A stretch of 46,224 nt of DNA from Patescibacteria group bacterium (GTDB lineage Bacteria; Patescibacteriota; Microgenomatia; UBA8517): NCBI GenBank assembly GCA_036846005.1, contig DAIUCV010000003.1, forward strand, positions 1 through 46,224, in the 5' to 3' direction. The notes under the pieces were generated by a model that saw only the letters and a list, made by a program, of their open reading frames with translations, was not told where the DNA came from and did no database searches. Both the position numbers and the translations under genes were made by a program. Below are positions 19,015 through 28,636 of this stretch, in pieces (position 1 is the first letter of the stretch; the number at the start of each line of letters is the position of its first letter).

Positions 19015-21876
19015 TTATTTCCTGAAAGAAATTCGCGAGACGATGTCTCGCGAACTAGACGCTGTATTATACTCAATTATATTTACTTTGGTCAAGGAAA
19101 AAGGATCTATTTCTTCAAAATTAATTTCTTGGGGAAATTCCAAAGTAATATTTGCTTTTAAAATATCTTGTCCCGCCTGTTTTCTCCAGTAAAATAGATA
19201 TTCTCCATTATTTTTAAAATTTAAATTGTGATTTCCACTCCACTCAAATGTTATTTGTTTAGATTGACCAGGAAGAATCTCGACAAAAACTCCTGCCTCT
19301 ACGTATCCTTCGATATTTTTAACAAAAGGATTTGTAACTTTCACATCTCCAGCTCCTTCGTCTCTTACTTCTTTAAATACACTCCCTCCAGGTGTATATA
19401 TCCTTATATATGATTTATATTTCCCTTTATAACCCAAGGCAGGATTAGCATTATTTTTAAAACTTAATGTCATTGTTCTGATAATCTTTTTTCCGTCTAT
19501 TCTATTTATTAATTTTCCATTTCTCTCAACAAAATAGTTAGCGCTATTACCCCCGACATTTGCTTCGATTACAGAAAGCCAATCCGAATAACAATTGTTT
19601 ATTTTACATAAAGGAAAGTTTATGCTTCCGTCCCATCCTAAATCAGAAATCGTTTTCTGGGCTTTGTTGTCGTGTAAAAACACTTGAACATGACGATCGT
19701 TTAATTCCTGGAAAATATTAGTATCAAACACTATTCTATTTTGCTGATTAAATGAAGGTATAATTTTTAATATTTCTCGTATTAAATCTGGATAATAATC
19801 ATTACTGATGTTTTTGACCGTAGAATCTCTGTTGGCTTGTGTTTGGATCATTTCGTAAAAATTATTTTCATCTAACGTCTGATTAAAACTTTTAAGATCC
19901 AACTTTCCGGTAATCCTTAATAAGTCTTTAATAAATTTCAAGTCAAGAGCAATTACTCCGTCAACAGACTCCCCTATTTCTTTATCTAAAAACCATTCTG
20001 CCCTTTGTGCTGAAGAGGGAAAATTAGGATCCCAATTTGAATCTCTCAAATACCAATTTTCTTGTCCTAAATAATTCTGTATTTCCGCTGGAGGCTCTAC
20101 CCAACCTTTTAGTTGCCCATCTACTGAATATACATCCATTATATTGGTATCTACCACACGACCTTTATTAAACTTTAATAGGGTAATTGCTTCAATAAAA
20201 CCTCCTGTTGGTCTTAACTGAAAATTATTTTGAAAAAGTATAAGATACGTTTTCGGAGCATCTTGGCCTAAAATATTCGGTAAGTAATCAACTAAAAGTT
20301 TTATTTTAGCAACCACATCTCTTTTCCCGGTTAAATTAATGTTTGCTGCTTGGTTTTTTAAGTACACAGAACCCAAACCGTTAAGTTCTTTATATTCTCC
20401 TTCTAAAAAAGATATTTCTCGATATAAAGAATCCAAGTCAAGAGAAAGATCTTTGGCGAAATTTACAACATCATAAGGAGAATTTCCCAGAATATTAGTC
20501 ATTAACAAACCTGATTTTTCATACACATCAGCTAGCTTAATAAGTACCTGTAAATTGTTATCTATAAATAACGCGTCTGTTTTCCCGGAGTAAAAGAATT
20601 TATTGAGAATGGGAATGAATGAATACTGTGAAAATATATAAGATGAAGCTTTTGAGGATGAAGATGAAACCACGAAAATATTTTTGGATAGATTTAAATT
20701 ACCTTTCAATAAGACTTTTTGTCCTAAATAAACACCAAATATAGATATTAATAGTAAAATTACAGGTAAAACCAATATTAGAAAAATAGTTATGATAATT
20801 TTGGTTATGAAATTTCCCAAGATCTTTTTCTTTTTACCGTTTTTCCCGATATAAATTTTATTTGTCTTTTTTAATTTATTTTCTGGTTCTTTTTCGGAAA
20901 TTGGTTTAGGTATTTTCCTTGGTTCTCTATTGGGTATCTTTATCGTTTCTGGATACGGTTGATGCGTATTTTGTTCAACAACTGTTGCTATTTGGGGTTC
21001 GTTCTTCTCACTTTCTTCTACTAAAAAATCTGGTTTGGATTTAGAGTACCAATCAATTGTTAATTTAATTGCATCTTTTAACGATGTATCACCTGTTATT
21101 GTTTCTCTTTTATTGCATTTTATTTCTGTCCATTCCTCTTTGGTTTTAAATATTAAACTACTATCAATTTCCATTAACTCTTCTATTCCACTTAAAGAAA
21201 CCTCTTTACCCAATAAAAGAACTTCTTCTCCGGGAAAACTGAATGAAAACAGATTTTTTACTATATTTCTCGCTGCATCTGCAATATAGATAGGTTTTAA
21301 TATTTCATTAGTTGTTGGTTTTGCTATCTTATCTGACAATATCTTCCCTCTTAAGTATCTGGAAATAAGAAATCTCTTGGTCAAAAGCATTCTTGGACCC
21401 ACTGGAGGGTCTATATAAACAATCTCAACGTTGGTGGGTATCTTACTAAAGAAATTTCCTACCAACTCTTCCATTTTATTAAAACCTTCTCTTAAATGAC
21501 TATTTGGAAAAACAAAAAGGCTCTTTACTCCTTTTTTATTAATGATTTCTACTGCCCTTGATAATTTTTCCTTTTCTTTGATAAATATTAAATCTTGATT
21601 CTTGCTGTCTATTTTTGCAAACAAAGCACTTTCATACAGTAAATAGCTAATATTTTCTTCCTCATCTAATTGGTTGTAACTTTTAATTGAATAATTAATG
21701 TTTTCTTTGAGGTGCGAGGAAAGAGATTTCCAATCTTGAATATTTTCTGTAAAAACATTTACACGGCAATAATTTGCCAGAAGACTTTCCAAAATACTGA
21801 TAGCTAAACCCTCTGGTTCTGAAAATAAAAATACTGTTGGTTTGTCAAACTCTTCAAGCTTAAAGGGTTCATTCAT
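19015..21876 (-). CDS. Large membrane protein with DUF4012-like extracellular domain
   Basis: A central TM is followed by LILFQNNFQLRPTGGFIEA, which resembles the DUF4012 signature as recalled from memory. The N-terminal roughly 230 aa look like a Rossmann-like fold without GxxGxxG. Confidence 0.6.
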   Translation of the reverse strand: MNEPFKLEEFDKPTVFLFSEPEGLAISILESLLANYCRVNVFTENIQDWKSLSSHLKENINYSIKSYNQLDEEENISYLLYESALFAKIDSKNQDLIFIKEKEKLSRAVEIINKKGVKSLFVFPNSHLREGFNKMEELVGNFFSKIPTNVEIVYIDPPVGPRMLLTKRFLISRYLRGKILSDKIAKPTTNEILKPIYIADAARNIVKNLFSFSFPGEEVLLLGKEVSLSGIEELMEIDSSLIFKTKEEWTEIKCNKRETITGDTSLKDAIKLTIDWYSKSKPDFLVEESEKNEPQIATVVEQNTHQPYPETIKIPNREPRKIPKPISEKEPENKLKKTNKIYIGKNGKKKKILGNFITKIIITIFLILVLPVILLLISIFGVYLGQKVLLKGNLNLSKNIFVVSSSSSKASSYIFSQYSFIPILNKFFYSGKTDALFIDNNLQVLIKLADVYEKSGLLMTNILGNSPYDVVNFAKDLSLDLDSLYREISFLEGEYKELNGLGSVYLKNQAANINLTGKRDVVAKIKLLVDYLPNILGQDAPKTYLILFQNNFQLRPTGGFIEAITLLKFNKGRVVDTNIMDVYSVDGQLKGWVEPPAEIQNYLGQENWYLRDSNWDPNFPSSAQRAEWFLDKEIGESVDGVIALDLKFIKDLLRITGKLDLKSFNQTLDENNFYEMIQTQANRDSTVKNISNDYYPDLIREILKIIPSFNQQNRIVFDTNIFQELNDRHVQVFLHDNKAQKTISDLGWDGSINFPLCKINNCYSDWLSVIEANVGGNSANYFVERNGKLINRIDGKKIIRTMTLSFKNNANPALGYKGKYKSYIRIYTPGGSVFKEVRDEGAGDVKVTNPFVKNIEGYVEAGVFVEILPGQSKQITFEWSGNHNLNFKNNGEYLFYWRKQAGQDILKANITLEFPQEINFEEIDPFSLTKVNIIEYNTASSSRDIVSRISFRK

Positions 21877-21974
21877 AGATTTATGCTAAGTTAATTACCG
21901 TAACTTTTCAATTTCCTTTATTAAAGAGGTGTAAGTCGGCCACTTGAAAAGAAAGTTTTTTTATGTGTAAGCGG

Positions 21975-22430
21975 TTAGAGATTTTTTTCAAAAATACTAG
22001 GACGTGAAATTTTCTTGATGTTTTCATCTAGTATTTTATTTACCAAAAAATCCGTTCGATGGTTTTTGTTTCTTGGAATAAAATTATAAAATATATTTAT
22101 TTTTAAATTATCTTCCATTTTTTTTATAGAAATAATTAAAGGTTTTAAATTTTTACTTTTTATTTTATATAAACCGCTTAATTGTTTAACAACCAGTTGT
22201 GAATCAAGAAAAAATATTATTTTAGAATATCTTTTCTTATCAGAATAATTCGCTAACCATTTATAAGCCATTAATACTGCATTGTATTCAGCAACATTGT
22301 TGGTAGCCTTACCTAAAAATCTTGATTCATTATATATTTCCTTACCTTTTATTAAGACGGCAAAAGCAGATGCAGCAGGACCAGGATTTCCCCTGGCTCC
22401 CCCATCGCAATAAATATTAAGTTCTTCCAT
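21975..22430 (-). CDS. rnhA: RNase H (type 1, RNase HI-like)
   Basis: IYCDGGARGNPGPAA, EYNAVLMAY and DSQLVVKQ supply the catalytic D/E/D positions. Confidence 0.85.
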   Translation of the reverse strand: MEELNIYCDGGARGNPGPAASAFAVLIKGKEIYNESRFLGKATNNVAEYNAVLMAYKWLANYSDKKRYSKIIFFLDSQLVVKQLSGLYKIKSKNLKPLIISIKKMEDNLKINIFYNFIPRNKNHRTDFLVNKILDENIKKISRPSIFEKNL

Positions 22431-22436
22431 GTTTGT

Positions 22437-23723
22437 TCAAGTAAATTTTATATCTTCTCGTAATATCATAGCAAAAATCAAGACTTCTAAAAGAAGATTC
22501 TGTTGAATGGTTATCCAATAATGATCAAAAAAACCTGTCAGTAAAACAAATAACAGTAAATAGATAAAATTTCTTTTATTAAAAGATAAAGTCTTATTAA
22601 GAATTCTTATTGAAAGAATAAAAAAGATTACCAGACCCATCAAACCTGTTTCAGCAAAAATTAAAAGATAGATATTGTGTACCGGTTGTAATAACCAGGA
22701 ATTGTCTTTTGAATATTTCGGAATATTTTTTATGAAATTACCCAAACCAACACCAAAAATAGGATGTTCCTTAATCATTTCTCCAGACGTTTTTATTAGA
22801 GAAATTCTTTGGTAGATATTTTCCACATTATTAATTTTAGATGTAATAAAATTAGTCTTTATACCCAATAAAAGAATACTTGTAATAATTAATAATATTG
22901 TTGTTAGTTTACCAACCATAATTTCTTTCTTTTTGTTATTAATTAAGAACCAAAATATTCCTGTTACACAAAGGGTGAAAATAACAGTCCTTGAAAAAGA
23001 AATTACTATTCCCAGAAAAGCAAATACAATCACTAAATAATAAAGTCTTCTATTTAAACTTTTACCGAATAACAAAAACAGGAGTATGGATATACCTAAA
23101 AACCCAGCTAATGAATTGGGGTGTGGGAAGGTCGAATAAGCTCGCATAAATTGTCTACCAAATATATCAACTAGTGCAATTCCCGGTGTATAGATAGAAA
23201 ATGCTCGCTCTCCTAAAATATAAAAGGCTCCCCCAATTGTTCCTTTATGAATAAATTGTAACATGCCAATTATTACAAAAAATATAATAGAAAATGCTAA
23301 AGGTTTAAATATCCATTTCTTGATTTCAATCTTCCGATATTGGACTACAAAAACGCACAACATGGCAAGCTCTAACAATTTTAACCATTTATAAATAGCT
23401 AAATAATAATTTGTAGTAAAAATAATATTTAAGAATATTAGAATTAATAAAGGTACCAGATATAAACCGAGGTTTTTAAACTTTACTTGATATCTGTTTA
23501 GCGAAATATCTATAAGCCACAGAAAAAAGATTGTTAAAATCAAAATATCACTTAAATATAGCGTGGGTGCAAGGTAATCTATACGTATACCATAAACAAA
23601 CGCCCATTTAGGCCAAAAATGTAAGGCAAGTTGACTGGGAATTAAAAATATGAAGATTTGAAAGGTTTTTTCAAGAAGAAAACTAACAGTTGGTATTAAT
23701 TTCTTTTTTCCGATAAATCCCAC
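22437..23723 (-). CDS. O-antigen ligase/Wzy-like polytopic membrane protein
   Basis: Has about 10-12 TM segments with the loop pattern typical of the Wzy_C family. The gene is very AT-rich. Confidence 0.6.
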   Translation of the reverse strand: MGFIGKKKLIPTVSFLLEKTFQIFIFLIPSQLALHFWPKWAFVYGIRIDYLAPTLYLSDILILTIFFLWLIDISLNRYQVKFKNLGLYLVPLLILIFLNIIFTTNYYLAIYKWLKLLELAMLCVFVVQYRKIEIKKWIFKPLAFSIIFFVIIGMLQFIHKGTIGGAFYILGERAFSIYTPGIALVDIFGRQFMRAYSTFPHPNSLAGFLGISILLFLLFGKSLNRRLYYLVIVFAFLGIVISFSRTVIFTLCVTGIFWFLINNKKKEIMVGKLTTILLIITSILLLGIKTNFITSKINNVENIYQRISLIKTSGEMIKEHPIFGVGLGNFIKNIPKYSKDNSWLLQPVHNIYLLIFAETGLMGLVIFFILSIRILNKTLSFNKRNFIYLLLFVLLTGFFDHYWITIQQNLLLEVLIFAMILREDIKFT

Positions 23724-23728
23724 ATTTG

Positions 23729-24217
23729 TTATTTTCTAGAAGGTTTTACAACTAAATATCGCTCTTCACCTTCCCCTATTGATTCTGTTTCTATTCCTTT
23801 AATATCACTTAAAACTACATGGATTATTCTTCTTTGAGAAGGATTTAAGTTATATAGAGATTGGGGGTTGCCAGTTTCTTTTACTCTATCTGCAGTTTGA
23901 ATTGCTAGATTTTTAAGATATTCTTCCTGCTTTTCTCTCCAATCTCCCACATCTACTGTTACTCTTCTCCACTCCCCAACTTTTTGCTTTAACATCATTC
24001 CTAGTGCAGCTTGAAAAGATATAAGTGTTTCACCATGATTTCCTATAAGAAGGCCTCTTTCACTCTCAGTAATGATGTTTACTTCTATTGCCTCGTTTTC
24101 CTTATCTTCACTAACCTCAACCTCTGCTTTAGAACCCATTAACTTTAAAAGTTTTTGGGCATGCTCTTTAACCAGCTCTACATCTTTTATTTCTTTCTTG
24201 TCTTTCGTTTTTGCCAT
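23729..24217 (-). CDS. jag: Jag/SpoIIIJ-associated RNA-binding protein (KH + R3H)
   Basis: Has KH GxxG (IGNHGETL) and R3H (NPSQRRIIHVVL) motifs. It sits downstream of yidC, as expected from conserved synteny. Confidence 0.9.
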   Translation of the reverse strand: MAKTKDKKEIKDVELVKEHAQKLLKLMGSKAEVEVSEDKENEAIEVNIITESERGLLIGNHGETLISFQAALGMMLKQKVGEWRRVTVDVGDWREKQEEYLKNLAIQTADRVKETGNPQSLYNLNPSQRRIIHVVLSDIKGIETESIGEGEERYLVVKPSRK

Positions 24218-24220
24218 ATT

Positions 24221-25033
24221 TTATGTTTTCGATTTTAGCAAACCAAAACGTTTTATCCAAGGCTCTAATGCTCCCCAACCGTTGCTTTGGTATTGTTGTA
24301 AAAACTGCCATAAAGAAAAGAGGAGCCAGTAAAGAGCAAGTCCCGCAGGAAAGCTCATTCCAAAAATTATAGTAAATAAGGGAAAAGTATAAACCATCGA
24401 TTTTTGCATTGCTGTTTGGATATCATCAGTAGCCCCTTTGGTCTTCTTGGCAATTTTTTGTTCCGCCTTAACAACCGGCATCATTAACTTAGACGAAAAT
24501 AGTTGAATTAAAGCAGCAAGTATAAGTATTGGTCCGGGTAATTTGAAAGGAATAGAAGGAATATGAAAAACATCCGGTTTGGTTACGTCTAAATATATAA
24601 ATTTTGTATTAACTATTTGATTCTGAGAAAACTTCAAGGGTTCATACAGAAGCTTGTTAAAATTTTCTGCGATATTCCCTCCTGGAGTTAAGGTTCTGGT
24701 GAATACGTTAAAAAATGCTATTAAAACGACTATTTGTAAAAGATAAGGTAGACATCCGGCTGAAGGGCTTACTTTATTTTGTTTATAAAAATCTGCTTGG
24801 GCTTGTGCAAACTTCATCTTATCCCCTTTATATTTTCTTTTTAACTTTTCCAATTGGGGTGCCAACTCCTTCATTTTTTGCATAGACTTCATATAGGGTT
24901 TGGTTAAGGGATTAAGCGCAAATCTTAAAAAGATACTAAATCCGATGATGGCAACTCCTAAATTTCCACCAAGTAATTTATAAAAAAGTATGAGGCCGTT
25001 AGCTAGAGGTTGAATAAGTATTGTTTCAAACAT
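24221..25033 (-). CDS. yidC: Membrane protein insertase YidC
   Basis: YidC/Oxa1 core pattern and conserved rnpA-yidD-yidC synteny. Confidence 0.93.
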   Translation of the reverse strand: MFETILIQPLANGLILFYKLLGGNLGVAIIGFSIFLRFALNPLTKPYMKSMQKMKELAPQLEKLKRKYKGDKMKFAQAQADFYKQNKVSPSAGCLPYLLQIVVLIAFFNVFTRTLTPGGNIAENFNKLLYEPLKFSQNQIVNTKFIYLDVTKPDVFHIPSIPFKLPGPILILAALIQLFSSKLMMPVVKAEQKIAKKTKGATDDIQTAMQKSMVYTFPLFTIIFGMSFPAGLALYWLLFSLWQFLQQYQSNGWGALEPWIKRFGLLKSKT

Positions 25034-25036
25034 AAA

Positions 25037-25261
25037 TTAGGGTATAGGATCCCAACCAAAACTTTTTGAAAAAGGATGACATTTAATTAACCTTAAAAGA
25101 GTAAATCTGGTTCCCCTAATAATACCGTGTTTTTGAATTGCCATATTGGCATACTCGCTGCAGGTTGGTTCAAACCTGCAACCGCCTCCGAATGTTAATT
25201 TTAATAAATTAGAAATCGTCGACTTATAAATAAATGTAATAAAACTAATTATTTTTTTCAT
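25037..25261 (-). CDS. yidD: Membrane protein insertion efficiency factor YidD
   Basis: Carries the CRFEPTCSEYA motif. Confidence 0.93.
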   Translation of the reverse strand: MKKIISFITFIYKSTISNLLKLTFGGGCRFEPTCSEYANMAIQKHGIIRGTRFTLLRLIKCHPFSKSFGWDPIP

Positions 25262-25601
25262 TTTTCAATTCCATTTTTTCCAAAAGTATTGTCATATCTA
25301 ACCTTAAATCTTCTTTTGTCTTAAGTATTACCTTCCTTTTTACTAAAAATATCAAGCTGTATCCTTTTTTGAGAAGCGCAATATTTGGAAGTAAAATTTC
25401 TTTAAGAATTCTTTTTATTCTATTTCTTGCAACTGCGCTTTTACTTATTTTGTTAGAGATTATTATTCCAATCCTAATGGGTTGATCGTCTTCTCTTTTG
25501 TATAGAACTGCTGAAAAACTTTCGGCTTGAAAGGTTTTACCTTCTTTTTTAATTCTATCGAAATTATCCTTTGCAGATAACCTGTTCTCCTTAGACAACA
25601 T
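25245..25601 (-). CDS. rnpA: RNase P protein component
   Basis: A basic 118-aa protein with the RNRIKRILKE motif. It sits between rpmH and yidD. Confidence 0.92.
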   Translation of the reverse strand: MLSKENRLSAKDNFDRIKKEGKTFQAESFSAVLYKREDDQPIRIGIIISNKISKSAVARNRIKRILKEILLPNIALLKKGYSLIFLVKRKVILKTKEDLRLDMTILLEKMELKNEKNN

Positions 25602-25611
25602 AAATTCTTTT

Positions 25612-25737
25612 TTAAGGTATCAGTCTTTTTCTTCCCTTTATTCTTCTTTTGGCTAAGACCTTTCCTTTCGATCTTTTTCTAAAACCAATTTTTCTGACTC
25701 TTTTAATCTTACTTGGTTGATAAGTTCTTTTCGGCAT
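25612..25737 (-). CDS. rpmH: Ribosomal protein L34 (41 aa; too short to appear in the supplied ORF track)
   Basis: Hand translation gives [41 protein letters not shown], followed by TAA at 25612-25614. It occupies the classic position upstream of rnpA. Confidence 0.9.
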   Translation of the reverse strand: MPKRTYQPSKIKRVRKIGFRKRSKGKVLAKRRIKGRKRLIP

Positions 25738-25742
25738 AGGAA

Positions 25743-25748
25743 ATTATA
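25743..25748 (-). promoter_or_regulatory. Perfect TATAAT -10 hexamer 5 nt upstream of the rpmH ATG
   Basis: The minus strand reads TATAAT-ttcct-ATG. No Shine-Dalgarno sequence intervenes. Confidence 0.5.
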
Positions 25749-25801
25749 ACATGTAAAACTGGAATCAAAAAGAGTTTCGGTTTTTTTGGGGGTTGACTAA
25801 T

Positions 25802-25810
25802 TGTGGATAA
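25802..25810 (-). promoter_or_regulatory. Perfect DnaA box (TTATCCACA) in the rpmH/dnaA divergent region
   Basis: The plus strand TGTGGATAA is the reverse complement of the consensus. Confidence 0.75.
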
Positions 25811-25916
25811 CTTTTATAACTATTGGGTAACGTTAAAACAATTAGCAAGAATAAACTTCGACCCATAAAACTTACTTGCCCTCTTAAGCTATTTGCTATA
25901 CGCAATTTTTAATAAT

Positions 25917-27281
25917 ATGGAAGGTATAGATAAAAAACAAGTTTGGTTAGATTTTCTGGAGAATATCAAAGTTTCTGTATCCCCAGCTATATTTACAACG
26001 TGGTTCTCTCAAACCCACCTAACCAAGCTGGATAAAATAGATGATAAAAATATTGTCGAAGTAGGATGCCCTTCACCTTTTGTAAAAACAACTATTGAAA
26101 GTAGATATTACGGACTTATTCAGGATTCGCTTTCAAGCATTTTAGGTAATAAATGCGATTTAATATTCGTGGTTAAGGCAAATCCTAATCCTAAAATAAA
26201 TAACGGTAGTCCTTCACCACTTTTTGAGCAGGGAAAAGAAGACACCAACCTAGATTCCCAAATCAAGAATTCCCGTTTAAGAAAAAATTTTACTTTTGCC
26301 AATTTTGCTGTATCTTCTTCTAATCAAATGGCTTGGGCTGCTGCCGATGCCGTTTCACAAAATCCCGGAACTGCTTACAACCCTCTTTTTATCTGGGGAG
26401 GTGTTGGGGTAGGGAAAACCCATTTAATGAATTCCGTGGGGTATGAAATTCTTAAAAAAGGAAGTGATAAAAAAGTGCATCTTTGTACAGGTGAGGATTT
26501 TACTAATGATATTGTTGAGGGTATTAGAAAAAAGACAACGCAAAACTTCAGAAACAAATATAGAAAATTAGATGCACTTCTAATTGATGATATTCAATTT
26601 ATTGCCGGAAAAGATGCTGTTCAGGAAGAATTTTTCCACACTTTTAATGCAATTGTGGCAGCAGGAGGACAAATTATCCTTACTTCCGACAAATCTCCTT
26701 CTGATATCTCAAAATTAGAAGAAAGATTAAGAAGTAGGTTTGAAGCAGGATTAATTGTAGATATCGCCCCTCCAGATTTTGAGCTGAGATGCGCCATTAT
26801 TCAAATTAAATCTAAGGAAAAAGAAATTGATCTTCCTATGGATCTGGTACAACTTGCTGCTGGAAACTTGGATTCTGCAAGAAAAATTGAGGGTTTTTTA
26901 GTTAGACTATTTTCGGAAACAAAGTTAAAAAAAATTGTCATATCAGAAGATTTAATAAAATCAATATTGGGTAAAAACGAGGCTGAGAAATTGGATAATA
27001 AGCGGACGCCGGATGAAATACTAAATGCTGTCTGTAAACATTTTTCGATAGGGAAAAGGTCTATTTTAGGTCAGTCAAGAATAAGATCTTTCGCACTTCC
27101 CAGACAAATTCATATGTATATTTTAAGAACATCTCTCGGTATGCCTTATGAAGAAATAGGAAGAGTAGTGGGGGATAGAGACCATACTACGGTTATGCAC
27201 GCGGTTGATAAAATTACCACTCTGGTCTCAAACAATGTGCAAATACGTGAGGATATAGAGGGGATAAAAAGTAAGGTTTGA
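25917..27281 (+). CDS. dnaA: Chromosomal replication initiator DnaA
   Basis: Has Walker A GGVGVGKTHL, the AAA+ region and a C-terminal DNA-binding helix (DHTTVMHA). The longest ORF begins at TTG 25893. The ATG at 25917 (MEGIDKKQVW) is preferred. Confidence 0.95.
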   Translation: MEGIDKKQVWLDFLENIKVSVSPAIFTTWFSQTHLTKLDKIDDKNIVEVGCPSPFVKTTIESRYYGLIQDSLSSILGNKCDLIFVVKANPNPKINNGSPSPLFEQGKEDTNLDSQIKNSRLRKNFTFANFAVSSSNQMAWAAADAVSQNPGTAYNPLFIWGGVGVGKTHLMNSVGYEILKKGSDKKVHLCTGEDFTNDIVEGIRKKTTQNFRNKYRKLDALLIDDIQFIAGKDAVQEEFFHTFNAIVAAGGQIILTSDKSPSDISKLEERLRSRFEAGLIVDIAPPDFELRCAIIQIKSKEKEIDLPMDLVQLAAGNLDSARKIEGFLVRLFSETKLKKIVISEDLIKSILGKNEAEKLDNKRTPDEILNAVCKHFSIGKRSILGQSRIRSFALPRQIHMYILRTSLGMPYEEIGRVVGDRDHTTVMHAVDKITTLVSNNVQIREDIEGIKSKV

Positions 27282-27534
27282 GGATAATTAATAATTAATA
27301 TCCACTTATCCACAATTATTTGGGAATTGTCCACAATTCTATCCACATCTTGTTTATATTTAATATTAACAATTTAATTCGAGCGTAATCGAGAGTAAAT
27401 ATCCACTTATCAACACTCACTACTACTAGTACTACTATTTAAATAAGTAAAAACGTAAAAGAGAAAAAACTCAATAAATTAATTTCTTAATTCCTCTTGC
27501 TCTTTTTGTTATTCACTTTTATACTCTGACTACC
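27282..27534. other. Predicted chromosomal replication origin (oriC) in the dnaA-dnaN spacer
   Basis: DnaA boxes are TTATCCACA at 27306-27314, TTGTCCACA at 27327-27335, CTATCCACA at 27339-27347 and TTATCAACA at 27407-27415. A composite AATATCCACTTATC(C/A)ACA occurs twice, at 27297-27314 and 27398-27415. An AT-rich tract follows from about 27420 to 27530. Confidence 0.8.
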
Positions 27535-28635
27535 GTGAAGCTTCAAGTTTTACAAGAAGAACTGTCTAAAGCATTAAGTTTAGCTAATAGATTTGCATCT
27601 GCAAAAGCACAACTTCCAGTTCTTGGTAATATTTTATTTTCTGCTAAAAAAGGTAAATTACTTATTTCTTCCACAAATCTTGAGATTTCAATCAATATTG
27701 CTATCGGGGCAAAAGTAGAAACTGAAGGTGATATCACTATACCGGCTAAAGTAATAACGGATATTATTACTAATTTAAATCCTGAACAAATCAATCTGGT
27801 TTCTAAGGAAGAGAATCTAAATATCACAAATAGTGAATTTGAATCAACTGTTTCGGGTATGAATGCATTGGATTTTCCTGCTATTCCCAAAAGAATGGAA
27901 AGGGTAGATTTATCCATCCCCAAAGATGAATTAGCCAAAGCGTTATCTTTAGTTTTGTTTGCAGTCTCATCCGATGAAACAAGACCGATTTTGACAGGGG
28001 TTTTATTTATTTGTAAAAAAGGAGAACTAACTTTGGTTGCAACCGACGGATATCGATTATCCCACGTTGTACTTAAAAATAGCTCTATAACTAAAACTTT
28101 TAAATTTATATTACCTAAAGCCGTGTTGGGAGAATTGACAAGACTTCCTTCTGATGGTGATGTTGAATTTTTCTTTGACGAAACTAATAATCAGGCTGTA
28201 TTTAAATCGGAAAATATTATTTTATCTTCAAGGGTATTAGAAGGGGAATTTCCGGAATATCAAAAGATTATTCCCAAAGAATTCATCTTGAAAATAGCAG
28301 CGGATAAAGAAGATCTGATACAGGCGGTAAAACTGGCGTCTGTATTTGCCAGAGATTCTGCGAATATAGTTAAAATGAATATAAAAAGTGGAAAACTGGA
28401 ATTTAATACAGAAAGCCAATTATCAGGAAAACAGAAAACAAGAATAGAAGCAAAAATAGATGGAGAGGATTTAGAAATTGCATTTAACTACCGCTTTTTG
28501 GAGGAAATTTTGCAGGTTATAGAAGGTGAAGATGTATCGATGGAATTTTCAGGTTCAAGTTCGCCAGCAGTATTTACCTACCCTAAGGATACGAATTTTC
28601 TTCATATCATAATGCCAGTTAAACTTCAGGACTAA
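27535..28635 (+). CDS. dnaN: DNA polymerase III beta sliding clamp
   Basis: GTG start. The 366-aa protein has beta-clamp three-domain length and pattern. It occupies the canonical position after dnaA. Confidence 0.93.
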   Translation: MKLQVLQEELSKALSLANRFASAKAQLPVLGNILFSAKKGKLLISSTNLEISINIAIGAKVETEGDITIPAKVITDIITNLNPEQINLVSKEENLNITNSEFESTVSGMNALDFPAIPKRMERVDLSIPKDELAKALSLVLFAVSSDETRPILTGVLFICKKGELTLVATDGYRLSHVVLKNSSITKTFKFILPKAVLGELTRLPSDGDVEFFFDETNNQAVFKSENIILSSRVLEGEFPEYQKIIPKEFILKIAADKEDLIQAVKLASVFARDSANIVKMNIKSGKLEFNTESQLSGKQKTRIEAKIDGEDLEIAFNYRFLEEILQVIEGEDVSMEFSGSSSPAVFTYPKDTNFLHIIMPVKLQD

Positions 28636-28636
28636 C

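Noticed and set aside
27146-27346. 66-aa minus-strand ORF spanning the dnaA 3' end and the first DnaA boxes
   Set aside because: It overlaps conserved dnaA coding sequence and the origin repeats. There is no support for it as a gene.
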